Source: Octopus bimaculoides
Lineage: Eukaryota
DNA length: 64,000 bases
Assembly (NCBI RefSeq): GCF_001194135.2
Contig: NC_068992.1
Span: 10,945,300-11,009,299 of the forward strand
Reading direction: 5' to 3'
Under the pieces are notes generated by a model. It worked only from the letters and a program-made list of their open reading frames with translations, ran no database searches and was not told where the DNA came from. Positions 1 to 11,523 of this stretch are shown here, one piece after another (the first letter of the stretch is position 1; each line of letters begins with the position of its first letter). A program made the translations under genes and the position numbers.

Positions 1-170
1 CCCTTCATCAGTTGTCGGCTGTCTATCTACTGTTCAAAGCTCAAAATGAGGAGTAGACAGACAGCTGACAACTGATGAAGGATCGTTCTTTATGTTACTT
101 GACCTGTTTTCCATTTGTTTTCATATTTCATGTTGTTTACTGTTGGTAATGTCCTGTACCCATATATGCA
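1..170. repeat. Interspersed repeat with a 30-bp-arm hairpin (2-31 / 52-81); second partial copy at 33585-33728
   Basis: Arms pair at 28/30 Watson-Crick positions around a 20-nt loop. The right arm and downstream tail (...agtagatagacagctgacaactgatgaaggg...ctgtacccatatatgca) recur at 33.6 kb. Confidence 0.8.
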
Positions 171-184
171 TGCCTATATATATA

Positions 185-188
<4 letters not shown>

Positions 189-238
<50 letters not shown>

Positions 239-276
239 TCTCTCTCTATATATATGTGTGTGTGGGTGTGTGTGTG
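189..276. repeat. (CT)n/(TA)n/(TG)n compound microsatellite
   Basis: Directly visible. Confidence 0.95.
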
Positions 277-478
277 CTCAAGATGGATTAGAAACCACTA
301 ATTGAGCTTTATGTCTATGGAGTCATTTGAAACATATGTGACGCAGAATGTCACTGAAAAATAGATGAAGTTCATAATTAGTTGTCCATTGGTATGATCG
401 AAATACTTTTGAAGTTTCCAGCTTTCATGAATGGACTGATAAGGATGATAAAGGATGAAAAAAAAAATATCTGGCACT

Positions 479-596
479 GTATCACCATCATCATCATCAT
501 CACCACCACCACCATCATCATCACCATCACCATCATCGTCACCATCATCATCATCATCGCCATCATCACCATCACCACCATCATCATCATCATCAA
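479..596. repeat. (CAT/CAC)n trinucleotide microsatellite
   Basis: Directly visible; explains the ORFs at 378-637. Confidence 0.95.
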
Positions 597-1103
597 CAAG
601 ACTTTTAAATTATTCTTTTTTGAGTTGGTATAAATGATCAGATACCGAGAAACATATGTTTCTTAGAATTTTTTTTGGGGGTTGGGGGTGAAGTTTGAAT
701 TGCCAAGTGTCTTCATAGATCTAATCTTGCCCTTTTCTTTTGTAACTTTCTTGTGTTTCTGTTGACTTAATTTGATAGAATTTTTGTCTTCTTTCCTTTG
801 CACCTTGTCCTGACTTGCCCCTTATAATGTTAGTTAACGCTAGCTCCCTGCTTAACACAACTCCCCCTATCATCTTTCATATCTACCCCTACTCTTTTCT
901 CAATAATCCCTGTCATTAATCCAGTCACTTTCTACTGTTCCTTACCATATTTCCTCTAACTTTTCTTCTTGCTTGCTATCCCATGTCCCTCAGTTTAGAT
1001 TCATTGCCTATTTTCTCTTTTTTTCTCTCTCTCTATCTTCTATTATCTTGTAGTTGTAGGGATCACTTTAAGCCCTTAACTTAACATGTTATGAGGTAAT
1101 GAT

Positions 1104-1565
1104 TGCTGGTGCTAGTACCATGAAAAATGCATTTTGTAGTCTCTGTAGAGTGTTTGGCGCAATGGCCCAGTGGTTTGGGCAGCGGACTCGCGGTCATAGG
1201 ATCACGGTTTCAATTCCCAGACCGGGCATTGTGAGTGTTTATTGAGCGAAAACACATAAAAGCTCCACGAGGCTCCGGCAGGGGATGGTGGTGAACCCTG
1301 CTGTACTCTTTCACCACAACTTTCTCTCACTCTTACTTCCTGTTTCTGTTGTGCCTGTAATTCAAAGGGTCAGCCTTGTCACGCTGAATATCCCTGAGAA
1401 CTACGTTAAGGGTACACATGTCTGTGAAATGCTCAGCCACTTGCACGTTAATTTCACGAGCAGGCTGTTCCGTTGATTGGATCAACTGGAACCTTCGACG
1501 TCGTAAGCGACGGAGTGCCGACCACAGTGGTTGGCATTAAGAAGTGCATTCAACTATAGGAACCA
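1104..1565 (+). mobile_element. Old family A SINE remnant split by the family F insertion
   Basis: Joining 1104-1158 to 1536-1560 restores gctggtgc..aaaaatgca..gagtggttggcattaagaagtgcattcaactatag, which matches the family A motif at 27181-27255. Confidence 0.6.
1156..1525 (+). mobile_element. tRNA-derived SINE (family F), near full length
   Basis: tRNA-like head with A box TGGCCCAGTGG and B box GTTTCAATTCC, followed by a ~300-bp body. Flanked by agtgtttggc (1149-1158) and agtggttggc (1526-1535), a probable TSD. Confidence 0.85.
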
Positions 1566-1792
1566 GGTGGTGGTGCTTTAACTGGGTGACAGATTAAGCT
1601 TACCACCCCAACACAGGAATAGTTCTTGCCACCAGCTTCAAGTTTCCATGATCTCTTACAAGACTTTGGTAGATCAGATGTTCTGGTAGAAAGTGCTTAT
1701 CAACAGTGCTGTACTGTTGTAGGTTTGCTGTCCGCCTCATAGTTGTTTCAGATGAATGTCTTGTCTAAGATGCAAGGATGTGTGAAAACGTA

Positions 1793-2210
1793 ACAGTATT
1801 TCAAAATTTATGAAGCAGTTATTGTGAAATTACCAACTGACATCAGCAAGATGTACAAAAATCTAATCCAGTATTTCAAATTTTATTGATAATTCGACGT
1901 TGGATTACACTGTAACATCAACAAGATATACAATAATGCAACCCAGTTGGTATTTAAAATTTTATGAAGCATTTAATCATGAATGTTGATGGAGCATCAG
2001 CATTAGATTAGGATTCAGTTTTAAAATAAAAATTTACATTGAATTCTGCTGGTTGAATCAGTATGCCAAATGTCTCTCAAAGTAATGTCAAAATACGGTT
2101 GATTCAATATTGAATGTTAACTGACATTTCAACGTTGATTAAACATTCAATCCACATTGAAGTGCAACACTGAATCAATATAAAATCAATGTGACATTGA
2201 ATCAACAGAG
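1793..2210. repeat. Degenerate ~75-80-bp tandem units followed by TTCAACGTTGA-type palindromic repeats
   Basis: cagtattt(c)aaa(a)ttttat...acatca(g/a)caaga recurs about three times, followed by many ttgattcaa/ttcaacgttga/attgaatcaa motifs. Confidence 0.5.
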
Positions 2211-3165
2211 ATATGTGGACCTTAGATCAATGGATGAATTAATATCGAACCTTTTTTCTTTTTTCTTTTTTTTTTGTATTATCAAAGTTGAAACATTTTG
2301 TTAGCTTTAATATTTATTTCTGTATAAACTAAAACAGTCGTTTCATGTTGAAGGCCTCTATTTCCAATTAGATTTAGGAAGTTATGGATGGTTCTCTTCT
2401 TGTGTGAATTAGAATGCTTATATATTCCAGATGAGGATATAGTGTGCTGTGAGCTGATAATTTAGAACTGTAGTTTGATTATTTGTGAACTTTAATACCA
2501 TGTGGAAATTTACCGAAGTTGAAATTTTCAGTGTCTTTCTAGAGTTACTAATTAACTTGATGAACTATCAATTGCCCATTCTACTTGGCACACAAAATTG
2601 GCATTGTCTATGCATCGTTGATTTGAAAATGATGCAAACACACACGTACAAATGTCAGAACACAACATTAACCTAGCAGTAGATATAGGGCAACAACTCT
2701 TCTTCAATTCTAGAATATATCCAGTATTGTAAAAATTAATTACATGCACTGATAGTCTTCCATATTTTCTGTTCAATGATTAAATATCATAGAATGTCAT
2801 CCAATGTAAATTACTTGCTCAAGTTTGTATTAACATTGTAAATTAGAGGTTAGCATTTTCTCAAACTAAGAAATTTAGCAGCAAAAATACCATTAGCAAG
2901 GATGTTGTAAATATGCCTTAAAATAAATGTTGTGATTTTGATTGAATTACGTATTTTCTTTTATAATGTCAAATTTTTTTAATTAAAAAAGAAATTTTTA
3001 TGAATATATCATATACATTACGCATAATTCATGACTTCCTGATTTTCTTCTTGTCGTTCAGCCATTGGTCAGCCTTGACTAAACAGACAAATGATCAAAG
3101 GTGTTCCAGCCATGACCATCACGTTTTTCTCATGCATTATGTTTAACTGAGGTGTCTCGCATTTT

Positions 3166-3395
3166 TTAACCCTTTTGGTATTAACCGGTCTCAGACTGCT
3201 CCTGGTTCTATGATACAAACTTCTGCTTTAAAGTAATTTAAATTTAAATTGTCAATCAAAACTTCATTTTCAGTTCTGTCCCCAAAACCAGCTTCATAAT
3301 GACAAGCATATTTTGCAAAATTCTTCATTACTTTCGAAATTAAGTGAAACAAAGTGTATGCATTTCTATAGAAATATTATAATAAAAAATCTTAA
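3166..3395 (+). mobile_element. piggyBac-like MITE, degenerate; related copy starts at ~3848
   Basis: Starts TTAA-CCCTTTT and ends aaaaaatc-TTAA. The first ~100 bp (ccttttg..aacc..ctcctggtt..tgatacaa..ctt) recur at 3848-3960. Confidence 0.45.
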
Positions 3396-3607
3396 GGCAC
3401 AAACAGTAACTTAAAAAAGACTGACTGACTCTTGTTTTTATTTGTAATTTTGTGTTCATACAATCTTGATTTACTCTGATGTTATTTTAATACTGAATCA
3501 ATAATAGGCAATCACATAACGATTCCCTGAAATATTTTTTATATTGCATTCCGGTTGATTCTCAGGTGAATCAGGTGTTTTATATTATTGACCCTTGCTA
3601 CTCATAC

Positions 3608-3653
3608 TTGATGAAGTTATAACAGAGCAAAGATTGGTGTCAAAATATCTTCC
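3608..3653 (-). other. Candidate 46-nt exon (GRYFDTNLCSVITSS)
   Basis: ttattttacag| acceptor, CAA|gtatga donor, one open frame; no homology known. Confidence 0.3.
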
Positions 3654-4263
3654 CTGTAAAATAAGCCAAACTTCCTCTGAAGCAGGGTTTTATAATTATT
3701 TATTTATTCATTTTTTGTAAAACACTTTCATAAAAATCCTTGGAACAATTTTTCAGCTAAAAAGTGGGCCAACACTTCAATAGCCATTCACAGCATTCAG
3801 TCTGGTCATACACAAGATAAATGTTAGAATGTTAGCAGAAACATGTTTCAACCCTTTTGATGCCAACCCACCTCAAACCACCACTCCTGGTTTTTTGATA
3901 CAACCTTCCAGTTTAAACTAATCTAAATTAAAACTTTCCATTAGATTTTCATGCTAATTTATTTTTCAAATACCATTTAGATAATGTCGTATGCTTTTGT
4001 GAACAGCTAATGTAAAGGAGATAATCATTTGTTTGCAACATTTGACAGGTTTAGATGTTTGTATTTGAACTTAAGGAATATGGAAGAAGTTGCATAGGAT
4101 ACACATATTTAATTCCTTTATTGCTTATTTATTATAAAGTTCTTAAAACGTCTAGGTAGTGATAATCCTGTATAGAACTATTTCATTCTTTTTAGAACTT
4201 CTCAACATGACTTATCCCAAGCTGCATTAATTAGGCATTTATGAAGTGAGACATTTCCTACAG

Positions 4264-4297
4264 ATGGAAAATAAATACAGTATGGAAGAAATTCCTG
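4264..4297 (+). other. Candidate 34-nt exon
   Basis: catttcctacag| acceptor and CTG|gtaagt donor; two open frames (MENKYSMEEIP or WKINTVWKKFL). Confidence 0.25.
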
Positions 4298-4499
4298 GTA
4301 AGTGTTTATTTCTTTTCTTTCATAAGATGTTAGCAGTTAAGCAATCAAGAAAAAAGACAGAGAAATTTCTTAGGGATCATATACAGAGTAACTGTTTCCA
4401 GGGAGTTCTACTATGTGAAGGTGCTTTACAGTAGCTAATATTTTAGTTTGAACTATAAATGAAATTCACAGGCCATTTTTTATATATCCTTTGATGATG

Positions 4500-4920
4500 A
4501 ATTTCAATATTCTAAATCCAGGTTTTTCCCCATTAACAGTGGTGGCCGGATACTCTCACACTGTCTCACCATCTTGCCCGGTTTTGGGCGTTCTCCCTTC
4601 TCAAGCCAACCCTCTCAATCTCTTCCTCCACCTGTCCCCTTCACGTTTTCTTTGGTCAACCTCACTTTTGCAGTTCATTCACTTTAAACTCAAGCACTCT
4701 CCTCAGAACATGTTCCTCATCCCTCCTCAACACATGTCCATACCACCACACTCTATTCGCGCTTGCCAGCTTTTCCACTGATTCCTCCAACCCCAGCATC
4801 TCCATCAAGTCCTCAGCCTTCCTTTTATCCAATAGCTTCACACCACACATTGCTCTCTCGATCCTTCTCAAAATTGCCATTTCGCTCTCCCTCAAGCACC
4901 ATGTCTCATTCTTTAAGGTA
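4500..4920 (-). mobile_element. RTE-clade LINE, 3' end (post-RT C-terminal region and 3' UTR), degenerate
   Basis: Minus strand reads ETWCLRESEMAILRRIERAMCGVKLLDKRK...WYGHVLRRDEEHVLRRVLEF followed by a broken RGRPKKTW-like motif, typical of RTE C-termini. Confidence 0.9.
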
Positions 4921-5995
4921 TAGATATTGGTTTGAAGCTATTATTTCACAATAGTAATCTTGCATTCCACAGTGGCAGAGGCATTTCGTTGTAGACATAA
5001 TCCCTTTACATTTTGTCTACAGTTTAGCTGAATCATTTCAAATTCACATCCAGAGATTTTCAAACACATGGTGTTCACTTGCAAATAGTTAATATAAGGA
5101 AGATAATCATTTCTTCGTAATTAAAAGTTTAAAGCTAAAAATGTTTTCCTTATTTTAAAAATTAATGGAAGCCAAAGCAATGCATTTTAACAGAAATATA
5201 GCAAGAAAAGGCTAAACAAGTATTAGGAAAAAACCCCACAAGATTACATAAATTTATAGAGACTTCATGAACGAAAGCACGGCAAACATGTCTAAAAAAA
5301 GTATAAACAAAGTAACCCTTATATATATTTGTCTCAGACAGAAGTGGCTGTCATAAAAGGACTGGATTCTATTATATTTCTATGATCTTTTAACTTCTTA
5401 AACAACTTGACAACTAGATTTCTGCTGTATATTTTATTCAATTATATTGTAATTCTACGAGATAACTTGTTTAAAGTTATTAATCTAAGTCTATTTTTAA
5501 AGTTCTGCTCAGACCAGGAAATATATACATTTTTGTCCTAATACATTTACTTTTAAGTTTTTGCTTTGCCTCAATATTAATTTTATTTTTATATTCTATT
5601 TTTTATTACTTATCTAATACTGATAAATAATATTTAAAACTAATGCTAGTGGCACCACTCTTGTATTTCACTTTCAAAATTTCCAAACCCCAAAATAGAA
5701 AAATAAAACCTAAAACTATTAAATATATGGTCATTGGCTAATAGAATAGAAAGCATTATTTTTCTGCATAGAACTAGATTTTCTTTTTGCTGCCGGCATT
5801 GCCAAAAGAAAGATCTTGATTTTCTTCACGAAAATATTATTAAGCTTTCACTGAGACACTGAGAATTTATGATTATTTCTTCTTCTTCATTATTCTTATC
5901 ATTTTTGTTATTGTTGTTGTTGTTGTTATCATCATCATCATCACTATTAATATTAACATTATTGTTACTGTCATCGTCATCATTATTATTGTTAC

Positions 5996-6026
<31 letters not shown>

Positions 6027-6590
6027 TGAGGATATTGGTTAGATTGAACTGGAATTTTCTGTAGAGAAACTGACTGTTAGAAAACTTTTTCCAGTTATTT
6101 GTGGAAACTAGTTTGGAACTATGTCGCCTTGTTAACTTGTATGATCAATTTACTTTACTTGTGGCTAGAGAGACACTTTTATGCTCTTGTCCATCTGTCT
6201 GACTTCTTAATGATTAACGAATAAGAAAATAGATAGGTGGTGACAATGCTGTTGTTATTGTTGTTGTTGTCGTTGATGGTAGTGGTGGGAGTGGAGGTGG
6301 CTGGCAGAAATATTAGAATTATTCATAACAAAAATCCACGATACTTAACTGGTTCCCTTTATAACCTGAGTTCCAAACCCCATAGGTTCACATTTTATTT
6401 CCCCCTTCTGGGTCTGTACCAGTTATGTACTGGAACTTACCATAACAATAACACACAAAAAATAGAAAAGGAAAGAAAAAAGTATTACCTTGTGCTAAAA
6501 TGATAAACTCATTAATATTACAATTATTATTGCCAAGAAATAATTATTATTTGAAAAGGTTAAAATATAATTTATTATTATTACTAATAG

Positions 6591-6719
6591 GCACAAGAGT
6601 GGATGTGTGGTTAAGAATCTTGTTTTCCAACTACATGAATTTGGGTTCAGTCCCACTGTGTGGCACCTTAAGCAAGTGTCTTCAACAATAACCTCAGTTT
6701 GACCAAAACCCTGTGAGTG
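6591..6719 (+). mobile_element. SINE family B head fragment
   Basis: tgtgtggttaagaa...gggttcagtcccactgtgtggcacctt..gcaagtgtcttc, matching 33806-33900. Confidence 0.75.
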
Positions 6720-7671
6720 CTATTTCTCATTAATTTCTTTCATTTAAGATTTTCCCTGTAGAATGGCATATTGCATTTTCCACTCCTTCTAGAAAAAAGA
6801 GTACTCAAGTACCAAAGGTAGAGTAATATGCTTTATTTAAAAGCAGCAGAAATATAACAAAAGCTGTTACTCAGAGTTTCACATACCCGTTCGTGTGTGT
6901 GTGTGTGTGAAATGCATATATATAAAAAAAATTTAAGTCACAAATGTAAGTAAATCATGCATGTATATACAACATACATATATATATATATATCATGTAT
7001 GTATATATGTCATGCATGCGTATGTCATGTATGTATATATCTCATATGTGCACTCAAGTTGCACTTCTTTTGTGTTTCTTATAAGTCATGTATCGCTTAT
7101 GGTGAATATGTTTTGCAATTTCACTTGCAGTTGTATTTAAAGAAATTTTGCTTTTGAAAAATTCCAAATCATTGACATTAGAGTGTAACAAACTCCCAAA
7201 ACCATAGATATCACATAGTAATGTATTTCTTTGATCTATACCCAGAACAAACAGACCAACCGATGCTTTTAAATCACCATTCCAGATTGACTGACAGTAT
7301 GAGCAGCGTCTAATGGGAATTAGGTTTATAGTTGGCCAATAGAGAACTATGTTTATGCTTTGTACACACGGAAAGCATGGATATATAAATTCATAAAACT
7401 GCATATTGTTACATGCACGATTGTAGCAGAATTCAATTTCTGTTTAAGCAGTCATTTTTGTTTTTCTACATGATATCATCAATGTATATGTTTACAACAA
7501 CGATATTTGGTTTGTAGAGTAGTGACGTTATCATCTTACTAAATTTGTTGGTGTGTGTGTGTAAGTAAGTGGTGTGCAAGATGAGTGAATGCGAGTGTTC
7601 GTGTGTGCAATAAATTTCAAACCCAGAGCATGGTTTGGTAAATAAATCATATGCAGATTTTCATTACTATC

Positions 7672-7980
7672 ATTATCATCATCATCGTCATCATCGTTTA
7701 ATGTCTGATTTCCATGCATGCATGGGTGGGACGACTGACAGAGCTGGCCGGATAGAAAACTACCCCAGGCTACTGTGTCTGTTCTGGCATGGTTTTTACA
7801 GCTGGATGCCCTTCCTAACACCAAACACTCTACAGAGTGAACTCAGTGCTTTTTATGTGGCACTAGCCCAGGTGAGATAAGTTTTGGCATGATTTTTACA
7901 GCTGGATGCCCTTCCAAATGTCAACCACTTTACAATGTGAACTGGATGCTTTTTACATGACACCAGCATTGACAGGACCC
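7672..7980 (-). mobile_element. SINE family A with a duplicated internal module
   Basis: (CAT)n tail and tttccatgc; tttttacagctggatgcccttcc occurs twice. Confidence 0.8.
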
Positions 7981-8456
7981 TTGCAAAATCTTATAAATTG
8001 TGCTAATACTATTTTCACTCTTTCAAAATGTTTCTATAATATCAATAATAATGCCTGTTTTGGTAATGCTACAACTATGAGTTTCTGTTTTCTGACCATT
8101 CCTTTTCAATATTTTCCATTTCTTTTTTTTTTGCATCCCCTCCACTGTCATGATGTAACAAAACCTAATAGATGAAATGCTGTTAAGCATTTTGCCCAAC
8201 AGGCTAACGATTCTGCCACCACTACTTCTATTGATAGTCCTTCACCAGTTTCTTATTGGTTTTATTTTGCCATACCTGTTCCCTTGTCAAAATTAATCAA
8301 TAATATTATTCTGCTTGTCATGATGAGTGTTTGAATGTTACACATTTAGCAACATTTAACAAAATCAATAACATTCTTTTATTCTTTTATTTTTTTATTC
8401 TTTTACTTGTATTGGTCATTGGACCGTGGTCAACATGCATGACCATACATATACTA

Positions 8457-8491
<35 letters not shown>

Positions 8492-8699
8492 AATCAATCT
8501 ATACGTCTGTCTGTCTGTCTCTCTCCCTCCCTCTCAATCTTTCTATATATTTATATAAAAGTTCAATTTGAGGTGAAATAAGCCTCATTAAGGGATAATA
8601 ATTTCCAAAGAATTTACTTGTTACTTACCTATTATTTATTTTCAATATTAGTTTTAATACTCAAAAATAGGTAATTAAATAAACTGAGGTTTATACTTA

Positions 8700-8810
8700 T
8701 ATAAGAAAAATAAGAACATAGAGATAAATCAATTAATAATTATATTTATTAATTTTTGTAATTAATAAATATAATTGTTAATTGATTTATCTCTCTTTTC
8801 TTATTTTTCT

Positions 8811-8814
<4 letters not shown>
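8700..8814. repeat. AT-rich hairpin: 55-bp arms, 5-nt loop
   Basis: 8700-8754 is the reverse complement of 8760-8814 with 3 mismatches. Confidence 0.9.
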
Positions 8815-8849
<35 letters not shown>

Positions 8850-8890
8850 CTCTTTATTCATCTATATATTTGTGTGTGTGAGTGGATATG

Positions 8891-9630
8891 TATTGGGTCA
8901 TCCCATAAATAATGCAGTTTTTTCTATTGCATGAACTAAAAGTCGGAATAGGACAGGGTAAACTACCTGCATCACCTTTCTATAAAAGCAGGTAATAATT
9001 TTACCTTCTTCTTATTCTTAGTGCAAGTTTTCAAGAGTGTAGTTTGATTTTAACAGTTATTTTTTCAAAGCTATAATGGAAGTGACAATGGAGAATATTC
9101 ATAAAGCATATTTTGCTTTATGAATTCAATAAAAGCAACAATGCAATGGAAAGTGCAAGGAATATTAATGCAGTATATGGAGATCAGACAATAAGCATAA
9201 GCCAGTGTCAACGGTGGTTCTAGAGATTCCAGGCCAGAAACTACAGCCTAGAAGACGAGCAATTGTCCTGGAAGATCTGTAGAGCTCAATGAAGACATCC
9301 TGCAAATCCTGGTGGGACAAAATTTCATAACTGTTGAGGAACAAGCAGAGAATCTTGGATTTGGTCATTGCCATTGGAAAAGTCAGCTAAATGAATTAAT
9401 GGATTCATCACAAACTTTCCAAGTTTAGTCACAAGCAAAGAGTGAATGTGTGCTCTCCTTTGCTGTTGGGTTTCACGAATGAACCATTTTTGGACCAAAT
9501 AGTGACTGGTGATGAAAAATGGGCTTTCTATAAAAATTTCAAGTGCTAAAGACAGTGGGGAGAGAAAGAAGAAACACCAGCACCCCAGGCTAAAGAAGGT
9601 TTTCACCCACATATGGTGTGTTGGCCCCAT
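8891..9630 (+). mobile_element. Mariner transposon, 5' portion, decayed
   Basis: TA-TTGGGTCATCCCATAAATAATGC TIR-like start. Translates to NAMESARNINAVYGDQTISISQCQRWF*RF...PGRSVELNEDIL...FLDQIVTGDEKW, including the first catalytic-Asp motif. Confidence 0.9.
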
Positions 9631-9907
9631 CCAAAGACAAAACAACATGGAGCAGGGCAGATAAGATAAAACAACCATCTTAGCAGAAACCTCACTGACC
9701 TTCCATAATACCATTAAAGAATTTGGTTATCTAGCAGTGCTAGTAGAGTATATTGATGATTACTTATGAGGGTACAAGTCATAAATTTCTAAAGGAATAG
9801 ATATTGTCATCTTTAATGCCTTCAGTGAATTACTGGTACTGACTACATCTCCAAGAATGATAATATTCTAACTCAGCCTCATTGGGATACTAATTCAGAC
9901 CCTAGAG

Positions 9908-10383
9908 CAATGATTCTGAACCATTTTTTTTACCTATGGACACCTTTGATCACTATTTTACTTGAATGGAGCCTCATAGTCATTCAATGTTTTAATATCC
10001 TATTATTATTTTCAAAATTAATTATCAAGAATTGTATAAGAAAAATTGCTGAAATATTCAGTGTTTTGTAAAAGTATAACCAATTTTATTGCACATAAAT
10101 TTTAGCAAGAAAATTTTACATAGACACACGACCAAATTACCATCTCCAGTCAAAAGCGACTCATAAGGGCTGGTTTCTCAATGTCATGGTGTATAAATTC
10201 CCCACCTGGATGGGACACCTGTCCATCTCAGGATTACTCATTTCTTTCCAGATGAGTAGACTGGAGCAACATGAAATGAAGTGTTTTGCTCAAGAACACA
10301 ACGCGGTCATGAGTCTAACCACTAAGCCATGTGACTCCACTATGGATCCCAAGAGTCATGTGGGCCCCAGTTGAGAATCAATG
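9908..10383. mobile_element. hAT/Charlie-like MITE
   Basis: TIR pair caatgattctgaac / gttgagaatcaatg; 8-bp flanks ccctagag / atgtagag resemble the NTCTAGAN target of Charlie elements. Confidence 0.65.
10163..10330 (-). mobile_element. tRNA-head SINE family E nested in the MITE
   Basis: Minus strand ggcttagtggttagactc...gcgttgtgttcttgagcaaaacacttcatttcatgttgctccagtctactca; related copies at ~16800-16925 (-), ~21760-21950 (+) and ~53215-53400 (+). Confidence 0.7.
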
Positions 10384-10423
10384 ATGTAGAGGAACAAAGC
10401 TAAAATGCTGTAACACAATGTAA

Positions 10424-10593
10424 TCATCATCATTATCATTGTCGTTTAACGTCCGCTTTCCATGCTAGCATGGGTTGGACGATTTGACTGAGGACTGGTG
10501 AAACCAGATGGCTACACCAGGCTCCAATCTGATTTGGCAGAGTTTCTACAGCTGGATGCCCTTCCTAATGCCAACCACTCCGAGAGTGTAGTG
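10424..10593 (-). mobile_element. SINE family A 3' part, young copy
   Basis: Near-identical to the reverse complement of 27206-27380. Confidence 0.9.
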
Positions 10594-11491
10594 AACACTT
10601 TGAGAAATCTTCAAACCAATAAGGATTTCTATACATAGCTTTTCAACCAAGTAGAAACGACAGCCTTATTTCCCTCAAATCATGCTTTACTCTTTTACTA
10701 AAAAAAAAAAAAAAAAAAAGAGAGAGCAAACGTAAAAATCAAAACAAAATTGGACTTTTTGGATAATGTCATTCCGATATATATATATAAAAAGATGAAA
10801 TGGTCAAGGTAGGAACAACATTGTTTATATAGATTTTCGATGAAGCCTGACCTGGAATTAGACAACAGCAACAACAGTGACAGCAGTTGCGACAGCAACA
10901 AAAGCAGCAACAACAACAACAAGAAGACCAGCAGCAACAGCAGGAGTAGCAGCAGCAGCAACACTCGCAACTATAATGTATTTATCCCCTAGGCCTATTG
11001 ATCTCCAATCATCTCTATTGTCATCTGTTCATTCTATTTCAATATTGGATATTTATGGGGTGGGGGGTGGAGACTTTGTCTTTCATCTGGGATTATTTTA
11101 TTCAGATTTTTGCTGCCTGACTTTATATTATTTGGAGCTGACAAGGGGAGGGAACCTTTTATGTGGTCTGCTGATCTGCTAGCTAGAAATAACAGTTGAA
11201 ATCTCTCTCGAATCAAACATCTACCCATTCGATCCCAACTAAAAAGATGAGTTGGTCATGGTTGGAATGCTTTTGATTGTATTTCTGTGCCAGCAATGTT
11301 GAGAATAACAACAGCTACAACAGCAGCAGTTGCTTTAGAAACAGCAACAGCAGCAACAACAACTGCAACAGCAGCATAACTGTGTCAGCAATTACAATGG
11401 AAATAACATCAGTTTCTTAAATACATATTCTGAGTTAAAACAATAACAGCAGCATCGTCACCACCATCATTATCATCAACATCATCATCAC

Positions 11492-11523
<32 letters not shown>

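Noticed and set aside
378-637. Poly-I/M/S/H/Y-I/C-V ORFs throughout the ORF track (e.g. 378-637, 20791-21149, 52660-53258, 55992-56354)
   Set aside because: Translations of microsatellites or N-runs, with no coding evidence
1156-1228. Possible tRNA gene
   Set aside because: It continues into a SINE body, and no complete cloverleaf or acceptor stem is evident
10488-10505. CTGAGGA...GAAAC hammerhead-like string
   Set aside because: It lies in the antisense of family A; no stem II or III, and the other copy reads ctggcaagccag
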